Positions 16,101 to 33,900 of a stretch of DNA of 64,000 nucleotides are shown in pieces. The DNA comes from Eledone cirrhosa (Eukaryota): the NCBI GenBank assembly GCA_964016885.1, contig OZ024740.1, positions 31,682,001 to 31,746,000 on the forward strand, read 5' to 3'. Both the position numbers and the translations under genes were made by a program. A model generated the notes under the pieces. It did not search any database. It saw only the letters and a list, made by a program, of their open reading frames with translations, and had not been told where the DNA came from. Each line of letters opens with the position of its first letter. Position 1 is the stretch's first letter.

Positions 16101-18999
16101 CAGACAGTTGACTATATATGATATCCGTACAATATATAACACTAATGTACAGACACAGTTGACTATATATGATATCAGTACAATATATAACACTAATGTA
16201 CAGATACAGTTGACTATATATGATATCAGTACAATATATAACACTAGTGTACAGACGCAGTTGACTATATATGATATCAGTACAATATGTAACACAAGTG
16301 TACAGATACAGTTGACTATATATGATATCAGTACAATATATAACACTAATGTACAGACACAGTTGACTATATATGATATCAGTACAACATGTAACACTAG
16401 TGTACAGACAGAGTTGACTATATATGATATCAGTACAATATATAAAACTAGTGTACAGACACAGTTGAGTATATATGATATCAGTACAATATGTAACACT
16501 AGTGTACAGACACAGTTGACTATATATGATATCAGTACAATATGTAACACTAGTGTACAGACACAGTTGACTATATATGATATCAGTACAATATCTAACA
16601 TTAATGTACAGACACAGTTGACTATATATGATATCAGTACAATATATAACACTAATGTACAGACACAGTTGACTATATATGATATCAGTACAATATGTAA
16701 CACTAGTGTACAGACACAGTTGACTATATATGATATCACTACAACATGTAACACTAGTGTACAGACACAGTTGACTATATATGATATCAGTACAATATGT
16801 AACACTAGTGTACAGACACAGTTGACTATATATGATATCATTACAAAATATAACACTAATGTACAGACACAGTTGACTATATATGATATCAGTACAATAT
16901 GTAACACTAGTGTACAGACACAGTTGACTATATATGATATCAGTACAATATGTAACACTAGTGTACAGACACAGTTGACTATATATGATATCAGTACAAT
17001 ATGTAACACTAGTGTACAGACACAGTTGACTATATATGATATCAGTACAATATATAACACTAGTGTACAGACACAGTTGACTATATATGATATCAGTACA
17101 ATATATAACACTAGCGTACAGACACAGTTGACTATATATGATATTAGTACAATATGTAACACTAGTGTACAGACAAAGTTGACTATATATGATATTAGTA
17201 AAACATATAACACTAGTGTACAGACACAGTTGACTATATATGATATCAGTACAATATATATCACTAGTGTACAGACACAGTTGACTATATATGATGTTAG
17301 TACAACATATAACACTAGCGTACAGACACAGTTGACTATATATGATATCAGTACAATATATAACACTAGTGTACAGACACAGTTGACTATATATGATATC
17401 AGTAAAATATATAACACTAGTGTACAGACACAGTTGACTATATATAATATCACTACAATATATAACACTAATGTGCAGACACAGTTGACTATATATGATA
17501 TCAGTACAATATGTAACACTAGTGTACAGACACAGTTGACTATATATGATATCAGTACAATATATAACACTAGTGTACAGACACAGTTGACTATATATGA
17601 TATCAGTACAATATATAACACTAGTGTACAGACACAGTTGACTATATATGATGTCAGTACAATATGTAACACTAGTGTACAGACACAGTTGACTATATAT
17701 GATATCAGTACAATATATAACACTAATGTACAGACACTGTTGACTATATATGATATCAGTACAATATATAACACTAATGAACAGACACAGTTGACTATAT
17801 ATGATATCAGTACAATATATAACACTAATGTACAGACACAGTTGACTATATATGATATCAGTACAATATATAACACTAATGTGCAGACACAGTTGACTAT
17901 ATATGATATCAGTACAATATATAACACTAGTGTACAGATACAGTTGACTATATATGATATCAGTACAATATGTAACACTAGTGTACAGACACAGTTGACT
18001 ATATATGATATCAGTACAATATGTAACACTAGTGTACAGACACAGTTGACTATATATGATATCAGTACAATATATAACACTAGTGTACAGACAGTTGACT
18101 ATATATGATATCAGTACAATATATAACACTAATGTACAGACACAGTTGACTATATATGATATCAGTACAATATATAACACTAGTGTACAGACACAGTTGA
18201 CTATATATGATATCAGTACAATATGTAACACTAGTATACAGACACAGTTGACTATATATGATATCAGTACAATATATAACACTAATGTACAGACACATTT
18301 GACTATATATGATATCAGTACAATATATAACACTAGTGTACAGACACAGTTGATTATATATGATATCAGTACAACATATAACACTAGTGAACAGACACAG
18401 TTGACTATATATGATATCAGTACAAAATATAACACTAGTGTACAGACACAGTTCACTATATATGATATCAGTACAATATATAACACTAGTGTACAGGCAC
18501 AGTTGACTATATATGATATCAGTACAATATATAACACTAGTGTACAGACACAGTTGACTATATATGATATCAGTACAATATATAACACTAATGTACAGAC
18601 ACAGTTGACTATATATGATATCGGTACAATATATAACACTAATGTACAGACACAGTTAACTATATATGATATCACTACAACATATAACACTAGTGTACAG
18701 AAACAGTTGACTATATATATCAGTACAATATATAACACTAGTGAACAGACACAGTTGACTATATATGATATCGGTACAACATATAATATTAGTGTACAGA
18801 CACACACTTGACTATATATGATATCAGTACAATATATAACACTAGTGAACAGACACAGTTGACTACATATGATATCAGTACAATATATAACACTATGTAC
18901 AGACACAGTTGACTATATATGATATCATTACAATATATAACACTAATGTACAAATACAGTTGACTATATATGATATCAGTACAATATATAACACTAGTG

Positions 19000-21900
19000 T
19001 ACAGACATAATTGACTATATATGATATCAGTACAATATATAACACTAGTGTACAGACACAGTTGACTATATATGATATTAGTACAATATGTAACACTAGT
19101 GTACAGACAAAGTTGACTATATATGATATTAGTAAAATATATAACACTAGTGTACAGATACAGTTGACTATATATGATATCAGTACAATGTATAACACTA
19201 GTGTACAGACACAGTTGACTATATATGATATCAGTACAATATATAACACTAGTGTACAGACACAGTTGACTATATATGATATTAGTACAATATATAACAC
19301 TAGCGTACAGACACAGTTGACCATATATGATATCAGTACAATATATAACACTAATGTACAGACACAGTTGACTATATATGATATCAGTACAATATATAAC
19401 ACTAATGTGCAGACACAGTTGACTATATATGATATCAGTACAATATGTAACACTAGTGTACAGACACAGTTGACTATATATGATATCAGTACAATATATA
19501 ACACTAGTGTACAGACACAGTTGACTATATATGATATCAGTACAATATATAACACTAATGTACAGATACAGTTGACTATATCTGATATCAGTACAATATA
19601 TAACACTAATGTACAGACACAGTTGACTATATATGATATCAGTACAATATGTAACACTAGTGTACAGACACAGTTGACTATATATGATATCAGTACAACA
19701 TATAACACTAGTGTACAGACACAGTTGAGTATATATGATATCAGTACAATATATAACACTAATGTACAGACACAGTTGACTATATATGATATCAGTACAA
19801 TATATAACACTAGTGTACAGACACAGTTGACTATATATGATATCAGTACAATATATAACACTAGTGTACAGACACAGTTGACTATATATGATATCAGTAC
19901 AATATGTAACACTAGTGTACAGACACATTTGACCATATATGATATCAGTACAATATATAACACTAATGTACAGACACAGTTGACTATATATGATATCAGT
20001 ACAATATATAACACTAGTGTACAGACACAGTTGACTATATATGATATCAGTACAATATATAACACTAGTGAACAGACACAGTTGACTATATATGATATCA
20101 GTACAATATATAACACTAGTGTACAGACACAGTTGACTATATATGATATCAGTACAATATATAACACTAATGTACAGACACAGTTGACTATATATGATAT
20201 CAGTACAATATGTAACACTAGTGTACAGACACAGTTGAATATATATGATATCAGTACAATATGTAACACTAGTGTACAAACACAGTTGACTATATATGAT
20301 ATCAGTACAATATATAACACTAGTGTACAGACACAGTTGACTATATATGATATCAGTACAATAATGTACAGACACAGTTGACTATATATGATATCAGTAC
20401 AACATATAACACTAATGTACAGACACAGTTGACTATATATGATATCAGTACAATATGTAACACTAGCGTACAGAGACAGTTGAATATATATGATTTCACT
20501 ACAATATGTAAAACTAGTGTACAGACACAGTTGACTATATATGATATCAGTACGATATGTAACACTAGGGTACAGACACAGTTGACTATATATGATATCA
20601 GTACAATATATAACACAAGTGTACAGACACAGTTGACTATATATGATATCAGTACAATATATAACACTAGTGTACAGACACAGTTGACTATATATGATAT
20701 CCGTACAATATATAACACTAGTGTACAGACACAGTTGACTATATATGATATCAGTACAATATGTAACACTAGTGTACAGACACAGTTGACTATATATGAT
20801 ATCAGTACAATATATAACACTAATGTTCAGACACAATTGACTATATATGATATCAGTACAATATATAACACTACTGTACAGACACAGTTGACTATATATG
20901 ATATCAGTACAATATATAACACTAGTGTACAGACACAGTTGACTATATATGATATCAGTACAATATGTAACACTAGTGTACAGACACAGTTGACCATATA
21001 TGATATCAGTACAATATATAACACTAATGTACAGACACAGTTGACTATATATGATATCAGTACAATATATAACACTAGTGTACAGACACAGTTGACTATA
21101 TATGATATCAGTACAATATATAACACTAGTGAACAGACACAGTTGACTATATATGATATCAGTACAATATATAACACTAGTGTAGAGACACAGTTGACTA
21201 TATATGATATCAGTACAATATATAACACTAATGTACAGACACAGTTGACTATATATGATATCAGTACAACATATAACACTAGTGTACAGACACAGTTGAC
21301 TATATATGATATCAGTACCATATATAACACTAGTGTACAGACACAGTTGACTATATATGATATCAGTACAACATATAACACTAGTGTACAGAAACAGTTG
21401 ACTATATATGATATCAGTACAATATATAACACTAATGTACAGACACAGTTGACTATATATGATATCAGTACACTATATAACACTAGTGTACAGGCACAGT
21501 TGACTATATATGATATCAGTACAATATATAACACTAATGTACAGACACAGTTGACTATATATGATATCAGTACAACATATAACACTAATGTACAGACACA
21601 GTTGACTATATATGATATCAGTACAATATATAACACTAATGTACAGACACAGTTGACTATATATGATATCAGTACAATATATTACACTAGTGTACAGACA
21701 CAGTTGACTATATATGATATCAGTACAATATATAACACTAGTGAACAGACAGAGTTGACTATATATGATATCAGTACAATATATAATACTAGTGTACAGA
21801 CACAGTTGACTATATATGATATTAGTACAATATGTAACACTAGTGTACAGACACAGTTGACTATATATTATATTAGTATAATATATAACACTAGTGTACA

Positions 21901-24900
21901 GACACAGTTGACTATATATGATATCGGTACAATATATAACACTAGTGTACAGACACAGTTGACTATATATGATATTAGTACAATATGTAACACTAGTGTA
22001 CAGATACAGTTGACTATATATGATATCAGTACAATATATAACACTAATGTACAGACACAGTTCACTATAAATGATATCAGTACAATATGTAACACTAGTG
22101 TACAGACACAGTTGAATATATATGATATCACTACAATATGCAAAACTAGTGTACAGACACTGTTGACTATATATGATATCAGTACAATATGTAACACTAG
22201 TGTACAGACACAGTTGACTATATATGATATCAGTACAATATATAACACTAGTGTACAGACACAGTTGACTATATATGATATCAGTACAATATGTAACACT
22301 AGTGTACAGACACAGTTGACTATATATGATATCAGTACAATATGTAACACTAGTGTACAGACACAGTTGACTATATATGATATCAGTACAATATATAACA
22401 CTAATGTACAGACACAGTTGACTATATATGATATCAGTACAATATATAACACTAGTGTACAGACACAGTTGACTATATATGATATCAGTACAATATATAA
22501 CACTAGTGTATAGACACAGTTGACTATATATGATATCCGTACAATATATAACACTAGTGTACAGACACAGTTGACTATATATGATATCAGTACAATATGT
22601 AACACTAGTGTACAGACACAGTTGACTATATATGATATCACTACAATATATAACACTAATGTTCAGACACAGTTGACTATATATGGTATCAGTACAATAT
22701 ATAACACTAGTGTACAGACACAGTTGACTATATATGATATCAGTACAATATATAACACTAGTGTACTGACACAGTTGACTATATATGATATCAGTACAAT
22801 ATGTAACACTAGTGTACAGACACAGTTGACCATATATGATATCAGTACAATATATAACACTAATGTACAGACACAGTTGACTATATATGATATCAGTACA
22901 ATATATAACACTAGTGTACAGACACAGTTGACTATATATGATATCAGTACAATATGTAACACTAGTGTACAGACACAGTTGACTATATATGATATCAGTA
23001 CAATATATAACACAAGTGTACAGATACAGTTGACTATATATGATATCAGTACAATATATAACACCAATGTACAGACACAGTTGACTATATATGATATCAG
23101 TACAACATGTAACACTAGTGTACAGACAGAGTTGACTATATATGATATCACTACAATATATAACACTAGTGTACAGACAGATTTGAGTATATATGATATC
23201 AGTACAATATGTAACACTAGTGTACAGACACAGTTGACTATATATGATATCAGTACAATATGTAACACTAGTGTACAGACACAGTTGACTATATATGATA
23301 TCAGTACAATATATAACACTACTGTACAATCACAGTTGACTATATATGATATCAGTACAATATCTAACACTAATGTACAGACACAGTTGACTATATATGA
23401 TATCAGTACAATATATAACACTAGTGTACAGACATAGTTGACTATATATGATATCAGTACAATATATAACACTAGTGTACAGACACAGTTGACTATATAT
23501 GATATTAGTACAATATGTAACACTAGTGTACAGACAAAGTTGACTATATATGATATTAGTAAAATATATAACACTAGTGTACAGATACAGTTGACTATAT
23601 ATGATATCAGTACAATGTATAACACTAGTGTACAGACACAGTTGACTATATATGATATCAGTACAATATATAACACTAGTGTACAGACACAGTTGACTAT
23701 ATATGATATTAGTACAATATATAACACTAGCGTACAGACACAGTTGACCATATATGATATCAGTACAATATATAACACTAATGTACAGACACAGTTGACT
23801 ATATATGATATCAGTACAATATATAACACTAGTATACAGACACAGTTGACTATATATTATATTAGTATAATATATAACACTAGTGTACAGACACAGTTGA
23901 CTATATATGATATCAGTACAATATATAACACTAATGTACAGACACAGTTGACTATATATGATATCAGTACAATATGTAACACTAGTGTACAGACACAGTT
24001 GACTATATATGATATCAGTACAATATGTAACACTAGTGTACAAACACAGTTGACTATATATGATATCAGTACAATATATAACACTAGTGTACAGACACAG
24101 TTGACTATATATGATATCAGTACAATAATGTACAGACACAGTTGACTATATATGATATCAGTACAACATATAACACTAATGTACAGACACAGTTGACTAT
24201 ATATGATATCAGTACAATATGTAACACTAGCGTACAGAGACAGTTGAATATATATGATATCACTACAATATGTAAAACTAGTGTACAGACACAGTTGACT
24301 ATATATGATATCAGTACGATATGTAACACTAGTGTACAGACACAGTTGACTATATATGATATCAGTACAATATATAACACAAGTGTACAGACACAGTTGA
24401 CTATATATGATATCAGTACAATATATAACACTAGTGTACAGACACAGTTGACTATATATGATATCCGTACAATATATAACACTAGTGTACAGACACAGTT
24501 GACTATATATGATATCAGTACAATATGTAACACTAGTGTACAGACACAGTTGACTATATATGATATCAGTACAATATATAACACTAATGTTCAGACACAG
24601 TTGACTATATATGATATCAGTACAATATATAACACTACTGTACAGACACAGTTGACTATATATGATATCAGTACAATATATAACACTAGTGTACAGACAC
24701 AGTTGACTATATATGATATCAGTACAATATGTAACACTACTGTACAGACACAGTTGACCATATATGATATCAGTACAATATATAACACTAATGTACAGAC
24801 ACAGTTGACTATATATGATATCAGTACAATATATAACACTAGTGTACAGACACAGTTGACTATATATGATATCAGTACAATATATAACACTAGTGTACAG

Positions 24901-27900
24901 ACAAAGTTGACTATATATGATATTAGTAAAATATATAACACTAATGTACAGACACAGTTGACTATATATGATATCAGTACAACATATAACACTAGTGTAC
25001 AGACACAGTTGACTATATATGATATCAGTACCATATATAACACTAGTGTACAGACACAGTTGACTATATATGATATCAGTAAATATGTAACACTAATGTA
25101 CAGACAGAGTTGACTATATATGATATTAGTAAAATATATAACACTAGTGTACAGACACAGTTGACTATATATGATATCAGTACAATATATAACACTAGTG
25201 TACAGACACAGTTGACTGTATATGATATTAGTACAATATATAACACTAGTGTACAGACACAGTTGACTATATATGATATCAGTACAATATGTAACACTAG
25301 TGTACAGACACAGTTGACTATATATTATATTAGTAAAATATATAACACTAGTGTACAGACACAGTTGCCTATATATGATATCAGTACAATATATAACACT
25401 AATGTACGGACACAGTTGACTATATATGATATCGGTACAATATATAACACTAATGTACAGACACAGTTGACTATATATGATATCAGTACAACATATAACA
25501 CTAGTGTACAGAAACAGTTGACTATATATGATATCAGTACAATATATAACACTAATGTACAGACACAGTTGACTATATATGATATCAGTACACTATATAA
25601 CACTAGTGTACAGGCACAGTTGACTATATATGATATCAGTACAATATATAACACTAATGTACAGACAGAGTTGACTATATATGATATCAGTACAACATAT
25701 AACACTAATGTACAGACACAGTTGACTATATATGATATCAGTACAATATATAACACTAATGTACAGACACAGTTGACTATATATGATATCAGTACAATAT
25801 ATGACACTAGTGTACAGACACAGTTGACTATATATGATATCAGTACAATATATAACACTAGTGAACAGACAGAGTTGACTATATATGATATCAGTACAAT
25901 ATATAACACTAGTGTACAGACACAGTTGACTATATATGATATTAGTACAATATGTAACACTAGTGTACAGACACAGTTGACTATATATTATATTAGTATA
26001 ATATATAACACTAGTGTACAGACACAGTTGACTATATATGATATCGGTACAATATATAACACAAGTGTACAGACACAGTTGACTATATATGATATTAGTA
26101 CAATATGTAACACTAGTGTACAGATACAGTTGACTATATATGATATCAGTACAATATATAACACTAATGTACAGACACAGTTGACTATAAATGATATCAG
26201 TACAATATGTAACACTAGTGTACAGACACAGTTGAATATATATGATATCACTACAATATGCAAAACTAGTGTACAGACACTGTTGACTATATATGATATC
26301 AGTACAATATGTAACACTAGTGTACAGACACAGTTGACTATATATGATATCAGTACAATATATAACACTAGTGTACAGACACAGTTGACTATATATGATA
26401 TCAGTACAATATGTAACACTAGTGTACAGACACAGTTGACTATATATGATATCAGTACAATATGTAACACTAGTGTACAGACACAGTTGACTATATATGA
26501 TATCAGTACAATATATAACACTAATGTACAGACACAGTTGACTATATATGATATCAGTACAATATATAACACTAGTGTACAGACACAGTTGACTATATAT
26601 GATATCAGTACAATATATAACACTAGTGTATAGACACAGTTGACTATATATGATATCCGTACAATATATAACACTAGTGTACAGACACAGTTGACTATAT
26701 ATGATATCAGTACAATATGTAACACTAGTGTACAGACACAGTTGACTATATATGATATCACTACAATATATAACACTAATGTTCAGACACAGTTGACTAT
26801 ATATGGTATCAGTACAATATATAACACTAGTGTACAGACAAAGTTGACTATATATGATATCAGTACAATATATAACACTAGTGTACTGACACAGTTGACT
26901 ATATATGATATCAGTACAATATGTAACACTAGTGTACAGACACAGTTGACCATATATGATATCAGTACAATATATAACACTAATGTACAGACACAGTTGA
27001 CTATATATGATATCAGTACAATATATAACACTAGTGTACAGACACAGTTGACTATATATGATATCAGTACAATATGTAACACTAGTGTACAGACACAGTT
27101 GACTATATATGATATCAGTACAATATATAACACAAGTGTACAGATACAGTTGACTATATATGATATCAGTACAATATATAACACAAGTGTACAGACACAG
27201 TTGACTATATATGATATCAGTACAATATATAACACCAATGTACAGACACAGTTGACTATATATGATATCAGTACAACATGTAACACTAGTGTACAGACAG
27301 AGTTGACTATATATGATATCACTACAATATATAACACTAGTGTACAGACAGAGTTGAGTATATATGATATCAGTACAATATGTAACACTAGTGTACAGAC
27401 ACAGTTGACTATATATGATATCAGTACAATATGTAACACTAGTGTACAGACACAGTTGACTATATATGATATCAGTACAATATATAACACTACTGTACAA
27501 TCACAGTTGACTATATATGATATCAGTACAATATCTAACACTAATGTACAGACACAGTTGACTATATATGATATCAGTACAATATATAACACTAGTGTAC
27601 AGACATAGTTGACTATATATGATATCAGTACAATATATAACACTAGTGTACAGACACAGTTGACTATATATGATATTAGTACAATATGTAACACTAGTGT
27701 ACAGACAAAGTTGACTATATATGATATTAGTAAAATATATAACACTAGTGTACAGATACAGTTGACTATATATGATATCAGTACAATGTATAACACTAGT
27801 GTACAGACACAGTTGACTATATATGATATCAGTACAATATATAACACTAGTGTACAGACACAGTTGACTATATATGATATTAGTATAATATATAACACTA

Positions 27901-30900
27901 GCGTACAGACACAGTTGACCATATATGATATCAGTACAATATATAACACTAATGTACAGACACAGTTGACTATATATGATATCAGTACAATATATAACAC
28001 TAGTATACAGACACAGTTGACTATATATTATATTAGTATAATATATAACACTAGTGTACAGACACAGTTGACTATATATGATATCAGTACAATATATAAC
28101 ACTAATGTACAGACACAGTTGACTATATATGATATCAGTACAATATGTAACACTAGTGTACAGACACAGTTGACTATATATGATATCAGTACAATATGTA
28201 ACACTAGTGTACAAACACAGTTGACTATATATGATATCAGTACAATATATAACACTAGTGTACAGACACAGTTGACTATATATGATATCAGTACAATAAT
28301 GTACAGACACAGTTGACTATATATGATATCAGTACAACATATAACACTAATGTACAGACACAGTTGACTATATATGATATCAGTACAATATGTAACACTA
28401 GCGTACAGAGACAGTTGAATATATATGATATCACTACAATATGTAAAACTAGTGTACAGACACAGTTGACTATATATGATATCAGTACGATATGTAACAC
28501 TATTGTACAGACACAGTTGACTATATATGATATCAGTACAATATATAACACAAGTGTACAGACACAGTTGACTATATATGATATCAGTACAATATATAAC
28601 ACTAGTGTACAGACACAGTTGACTATATATGATATCCGTACAATATATAACACTAGTGTACAGACACAGTTGACTATATATGATATCAGTACAATATGTA
28701 ACACTAGTGTACAGACACAGTTGACTATATATGATATCAGTACGATATGTAACACTAGTGTACAGACACAGTTGACTATATATGATATCAGTACAATATA
28801 TAACACAAGTGTACAGACACAGTTGACTATATATGATATCAGTACAATATATAACACTAGTGTACAGACACAGTTGACTATATATGATATCCGTACAATA
28901 TATAACACTAGTGTACAGACACAGTTGACTATATATGATATCAGTACAATATGTAACACTAGTGTACAGACACAGTTGACCATATATGATATCAGTACAA
29001 TATATAACACTAATGTACAGACACAGTTGACTATATATGATATCAGTACAATATATAACACTAGTGTACAGACACAGTTGACTATATATGATATCAGTAC
29101 AATATATAACACTAGTGAACAGACACAGTTGACTATATATGATATCAGTACAATATATAACACTAGTGTAGAGACACAGTTGACTATATATGATATCAGT
29201 ACAATATATAACACTAATGTACAGACACAGTTGACTATATATGATATCAGTACAACATATAACACTAGTGTACAGACACAGTTGACTATATATGATATCA
29301 GTACCATATATAACACTAGTGTACAGACACAGTTGACTATATATGATATCAGTACAATATATAACACTAATGTACAGACACAGTTGACTATATATGATAT
29401 CAGTACAACATATAACACTAGTGTACAGACACAGTTGACTATATATGATATCAGTACCATATATAACACTAGTGTACAGACACAGTTGACTATATATGAT
29501 ATCAGTAAATATGTAACACTAATGTACAGACAGAGTTGACTATATATGATATTAGTAAAATATATAACACTAGTGTACAGACACAGTTGACTATATATGA
29601 TATCAGTACAATATATAACACTAGTGTACAGACACAGTTGACTGTATATGATATTAGTACAATATATAACACTAGTGTACAGACACAGTTGACTATATAT
29701 GATATCAGTACAATATGTAACACTAGTGTACAGACACAGTTGACTATATATTATATTAGTAAAATATATAACACTAGTGTACAGACACAGTTGCCTATAT
29801 ATGATATCAGTACAATATATAACACTAATGTACAGACACAGTTGACTATATATGATATCGGTACAATATATAACACTAATGTACAGACACAGTTGACTAT
29901 ATATGATATCAGTACAACATATAACACTAGTGTACAGAAACAGTTGACTATATATGATATCAGTACAATATATAACACTAATGTACAGACACAGTTGACT
30001 ATATATGATATCAGTACACTATATAACACTAGTGTACAGGCACAGTTGACTATATATGATATCAGTACAATATATAACACTAATGTACAGACACAGTTGA
30101 CTATATATGATATCAGTACAACATATAACACTAATGTACAGACACAGTTGACTATATATGATATCAGTACAATATATAACACTAATGTACAGACACAGTT
30201 GACTATATATGATATCAGTACAATATATTACACTAGTGTACAGACACAGTTGACTATATATGATATCAGTACAATATATAACACTAGTGAACAGACAGAG
30301 TTGACTATATATGATATCAGTACAATATATAACACTAGTGTACAGACACAGTTGACTATATATGATATTAGTACAATATGTAACACTAGTGTACAGACAC
30401 AGTTGACTATATATTATATTAGTATAATATATAACACTAGTGTACAGACACAGTTGACTATATATGATATCGGTACAATATATAACACTAGTGTACAGAC
30501 ACAGTTGACTATATATGATATTAGTACAATATGTAACACTAGTGTAAAGATACAGTTGACTATATATGATATCAGTACAATATATAACACTAATGTACAG
30601 ACACAGTTGACTATAAATGATATCAGTACAATATGTAACACTAGTGTACAGACACAGTTGAATATATATGATATCACTACAATATGCAAAAGTAGTGTAC
30701 AGACACTGTTGACTATATATGATATCAGTACAATATGTAACACTAGTGTACAGACACAGTTGACTATATATGATATCAGTACAATATATAACACTAGTGT
30801 ACAGACACAGTTGACTATATATGATATCAGTACAATATGTAACACTAGTGTACAGACACAGTTGACTATATATGATATCAGTACAATATGTAACACTAGT

Positions 30901-33900
30901 GTACAGACACAGTTGACTATATATGATATCAGTACAATATATAACACTAATGTACAGACACAGTTGACTATATATGATATCAGTACAATATATAACACTA
31001 GTGTACAGACACAGTTGACTATATATGATATCAGTACAATATATAACACTAGTGTATAGACACAGTTGACTATATATGATATCCGTACAATATATAACAC
31101 TAGTGTACAGACACAGTTGACTATATATGATATCAGTACAATATGTAACACTAGTGTACAGACACAGTTGACTATATATGATATCACTACAATATATAAC
31201 ACTAATGTTCAGACACAGTTGACTATATATGGTATCAGTACAATATATAACACTAGTGTACAGACAAAGTTGACTATATATGATATCAGTACAATATATA
31301 ACACTAGTGTACTGACACAGTTGACTATATATGATATCAGTACAATATGTAACACTAGTGTACAGACACAGTTGACCATATATGATATCAGTACAATATA
31401 TAACACTAATGTACAGACACAGTTGACTATATATGATATCAGTACAATATATAACACTAGTGTACAGACACAGTTGACTATATATGATATCAGTACAATA
31501 TGTAACACTAGTGTACAGACACAGTTGACTATATATGATATCAGTACAATATATAACACAAGTGTACAGATACAGTTGACTATATATGATATCAGTACAA
31601 TATATAACACAAGTGTACAGACACAGTTGACTATATATGATATCAGTACAATATATAACACCAATGTACAGACACAGTTGACTATATATGATATCAGTAC
31701 AACATGTAACACTAGTGTACAGACAGAGTTGACTATATATGATATCACTACAATATATAACACTAGTGTACAGACAGAGTTGAGTATATATGATATCAGT
31801 ACAATATGTAACACTAGTGTACAGACACAGTTGACTATATATGATATCAGTACAATATGTAACACTAGTGTACAGACACAGTTGACTATATATGATATCA
31901 GTACAATATATAACACTACTGTACAATCACAGTTGACTATATATGATATCAGTACAATATCTAACACTAATGTACAGACACAGTTGACTATATATGATAT
32001 CAGTACAATATATAACACTAGTGTACAGACATAGTTGACTATATATGATATCAGTACAATATATAACACTAGTGTACAGACACAGTTGACTATATATGAT
32101 ATTAGTACAATATGTAACACTAGTGTACAGACAAAGTTGACTATATATGATATTAGTAAAATATATAACACTAGTGTACAGATACAGTTGACTATATATG
32201 ATATCAGTACAATGTATAACACTAGTGTACAGACACAGTTGACTATATATGATATCAGTACAATATATAACACTAGTGTACAGACACAGTTGACTATATA
32301 TGATATTAGTACAATATATAACACTAGCGTACAGACACAGTTGACCATATATGATATCAGTACAATATATAACACTAATGTACAGACACAGTTGACTATA
32401 TATGATATCAGTACAATATATAACACTAGTATACAGACACAGTTGACTATATATTATATTAGTATAATATATAACACTAGTGTACAGACACAGTTGAATA
32501 TATATGATATCAGTACAATATATAACACTAATGTACAGACACAGTTGACTATATATGATATCAGTACAATATGTAACACTAGTGTACAGACACAGTTGAC
32601 TATATATGATATCAGTACAATATGTAACACTAGTGTACAAACACAGTTGACTATATATGATATCAGTACAATATATAACACTAGTGTACAGACACAGTTG
32701 ACTATATATGATATCAGTACAATAATGTACAGACACAGTTGACTATATATGATATCAGTACAACATATAACACTAATGTACAGACACAGTTGACTATATA
32801 TGATATCAGTACAATATGTAACACTAGCGTACAGAGACAGTTGAATATATATGATATCACTACAATATGTAAAACTAGTGTACAGACACAGTTGACTATA
32901 TATGATATCAGTACGATATGTAACACTAGTGTACAGACACAGTTGACTATATATGATATCAGTACAATATATAACACAAGTGTACAGACACAGTTGACTA
33001 TATATGATATCAGTACAATATATAACACTAGTGTACAGACACAGTTGACTATATATGATATCCGTACAATATATAACACTAGTGTACAGACACAGTTGAC
33101 TATATATGATATCAGTACAATATGTAACACTAGTGTACAGACACAGTTGACTATATATGATATTAGTACAATATATAACACTAATGTTCAGACACAGTTG
33201 ACTATATATGATATCAGTACAATATATAACACTACTGTACAGACACAGTTGACTATATATGATATCAGTACAATATATAACACTAGTGTACAGACACAGT
33301 TGACTATATATGATATCAGTACAATATGTAACACTAGTGTACAGACACAGTTGACCATATATGATATCAGTACAATATATAACACTAATGTACAGACACA
33401 GTTGACTATATATGATATCAGTACAATATATAACACTAGTGTACAGACACAGTTGACTATATATGATATCAGTACAATATATAACACTAGTGAACAGACA
33501 CAGTTGACTATATATGATATCAGTACAATATATAACACTAGTGTAGAGACACAGTTGACTATATATGATATCAGTACAATATATAACACTAATGTACAGA
33601 CACAGTTGACTATATATGATATCAGTACAACATATAACACTAGTGTACAGACACAGTTGACTATATATGATATCAGTACCATATATAACACTAGTGTACA
33701 GACACAGTTGACTATATATGATATCAGTAAATATGTAACACTAATGTACAGACAGAGTTGACTATATATGATATTAGTAAAATATATAACACTAGTGTAC
33801 AGACACAGTTGACTATATATGATATCAGTACAATATATAACACTAGTGTACAGACACAGTTGACTGTATATGATATTAGTACAATATATAACACTAGTGT

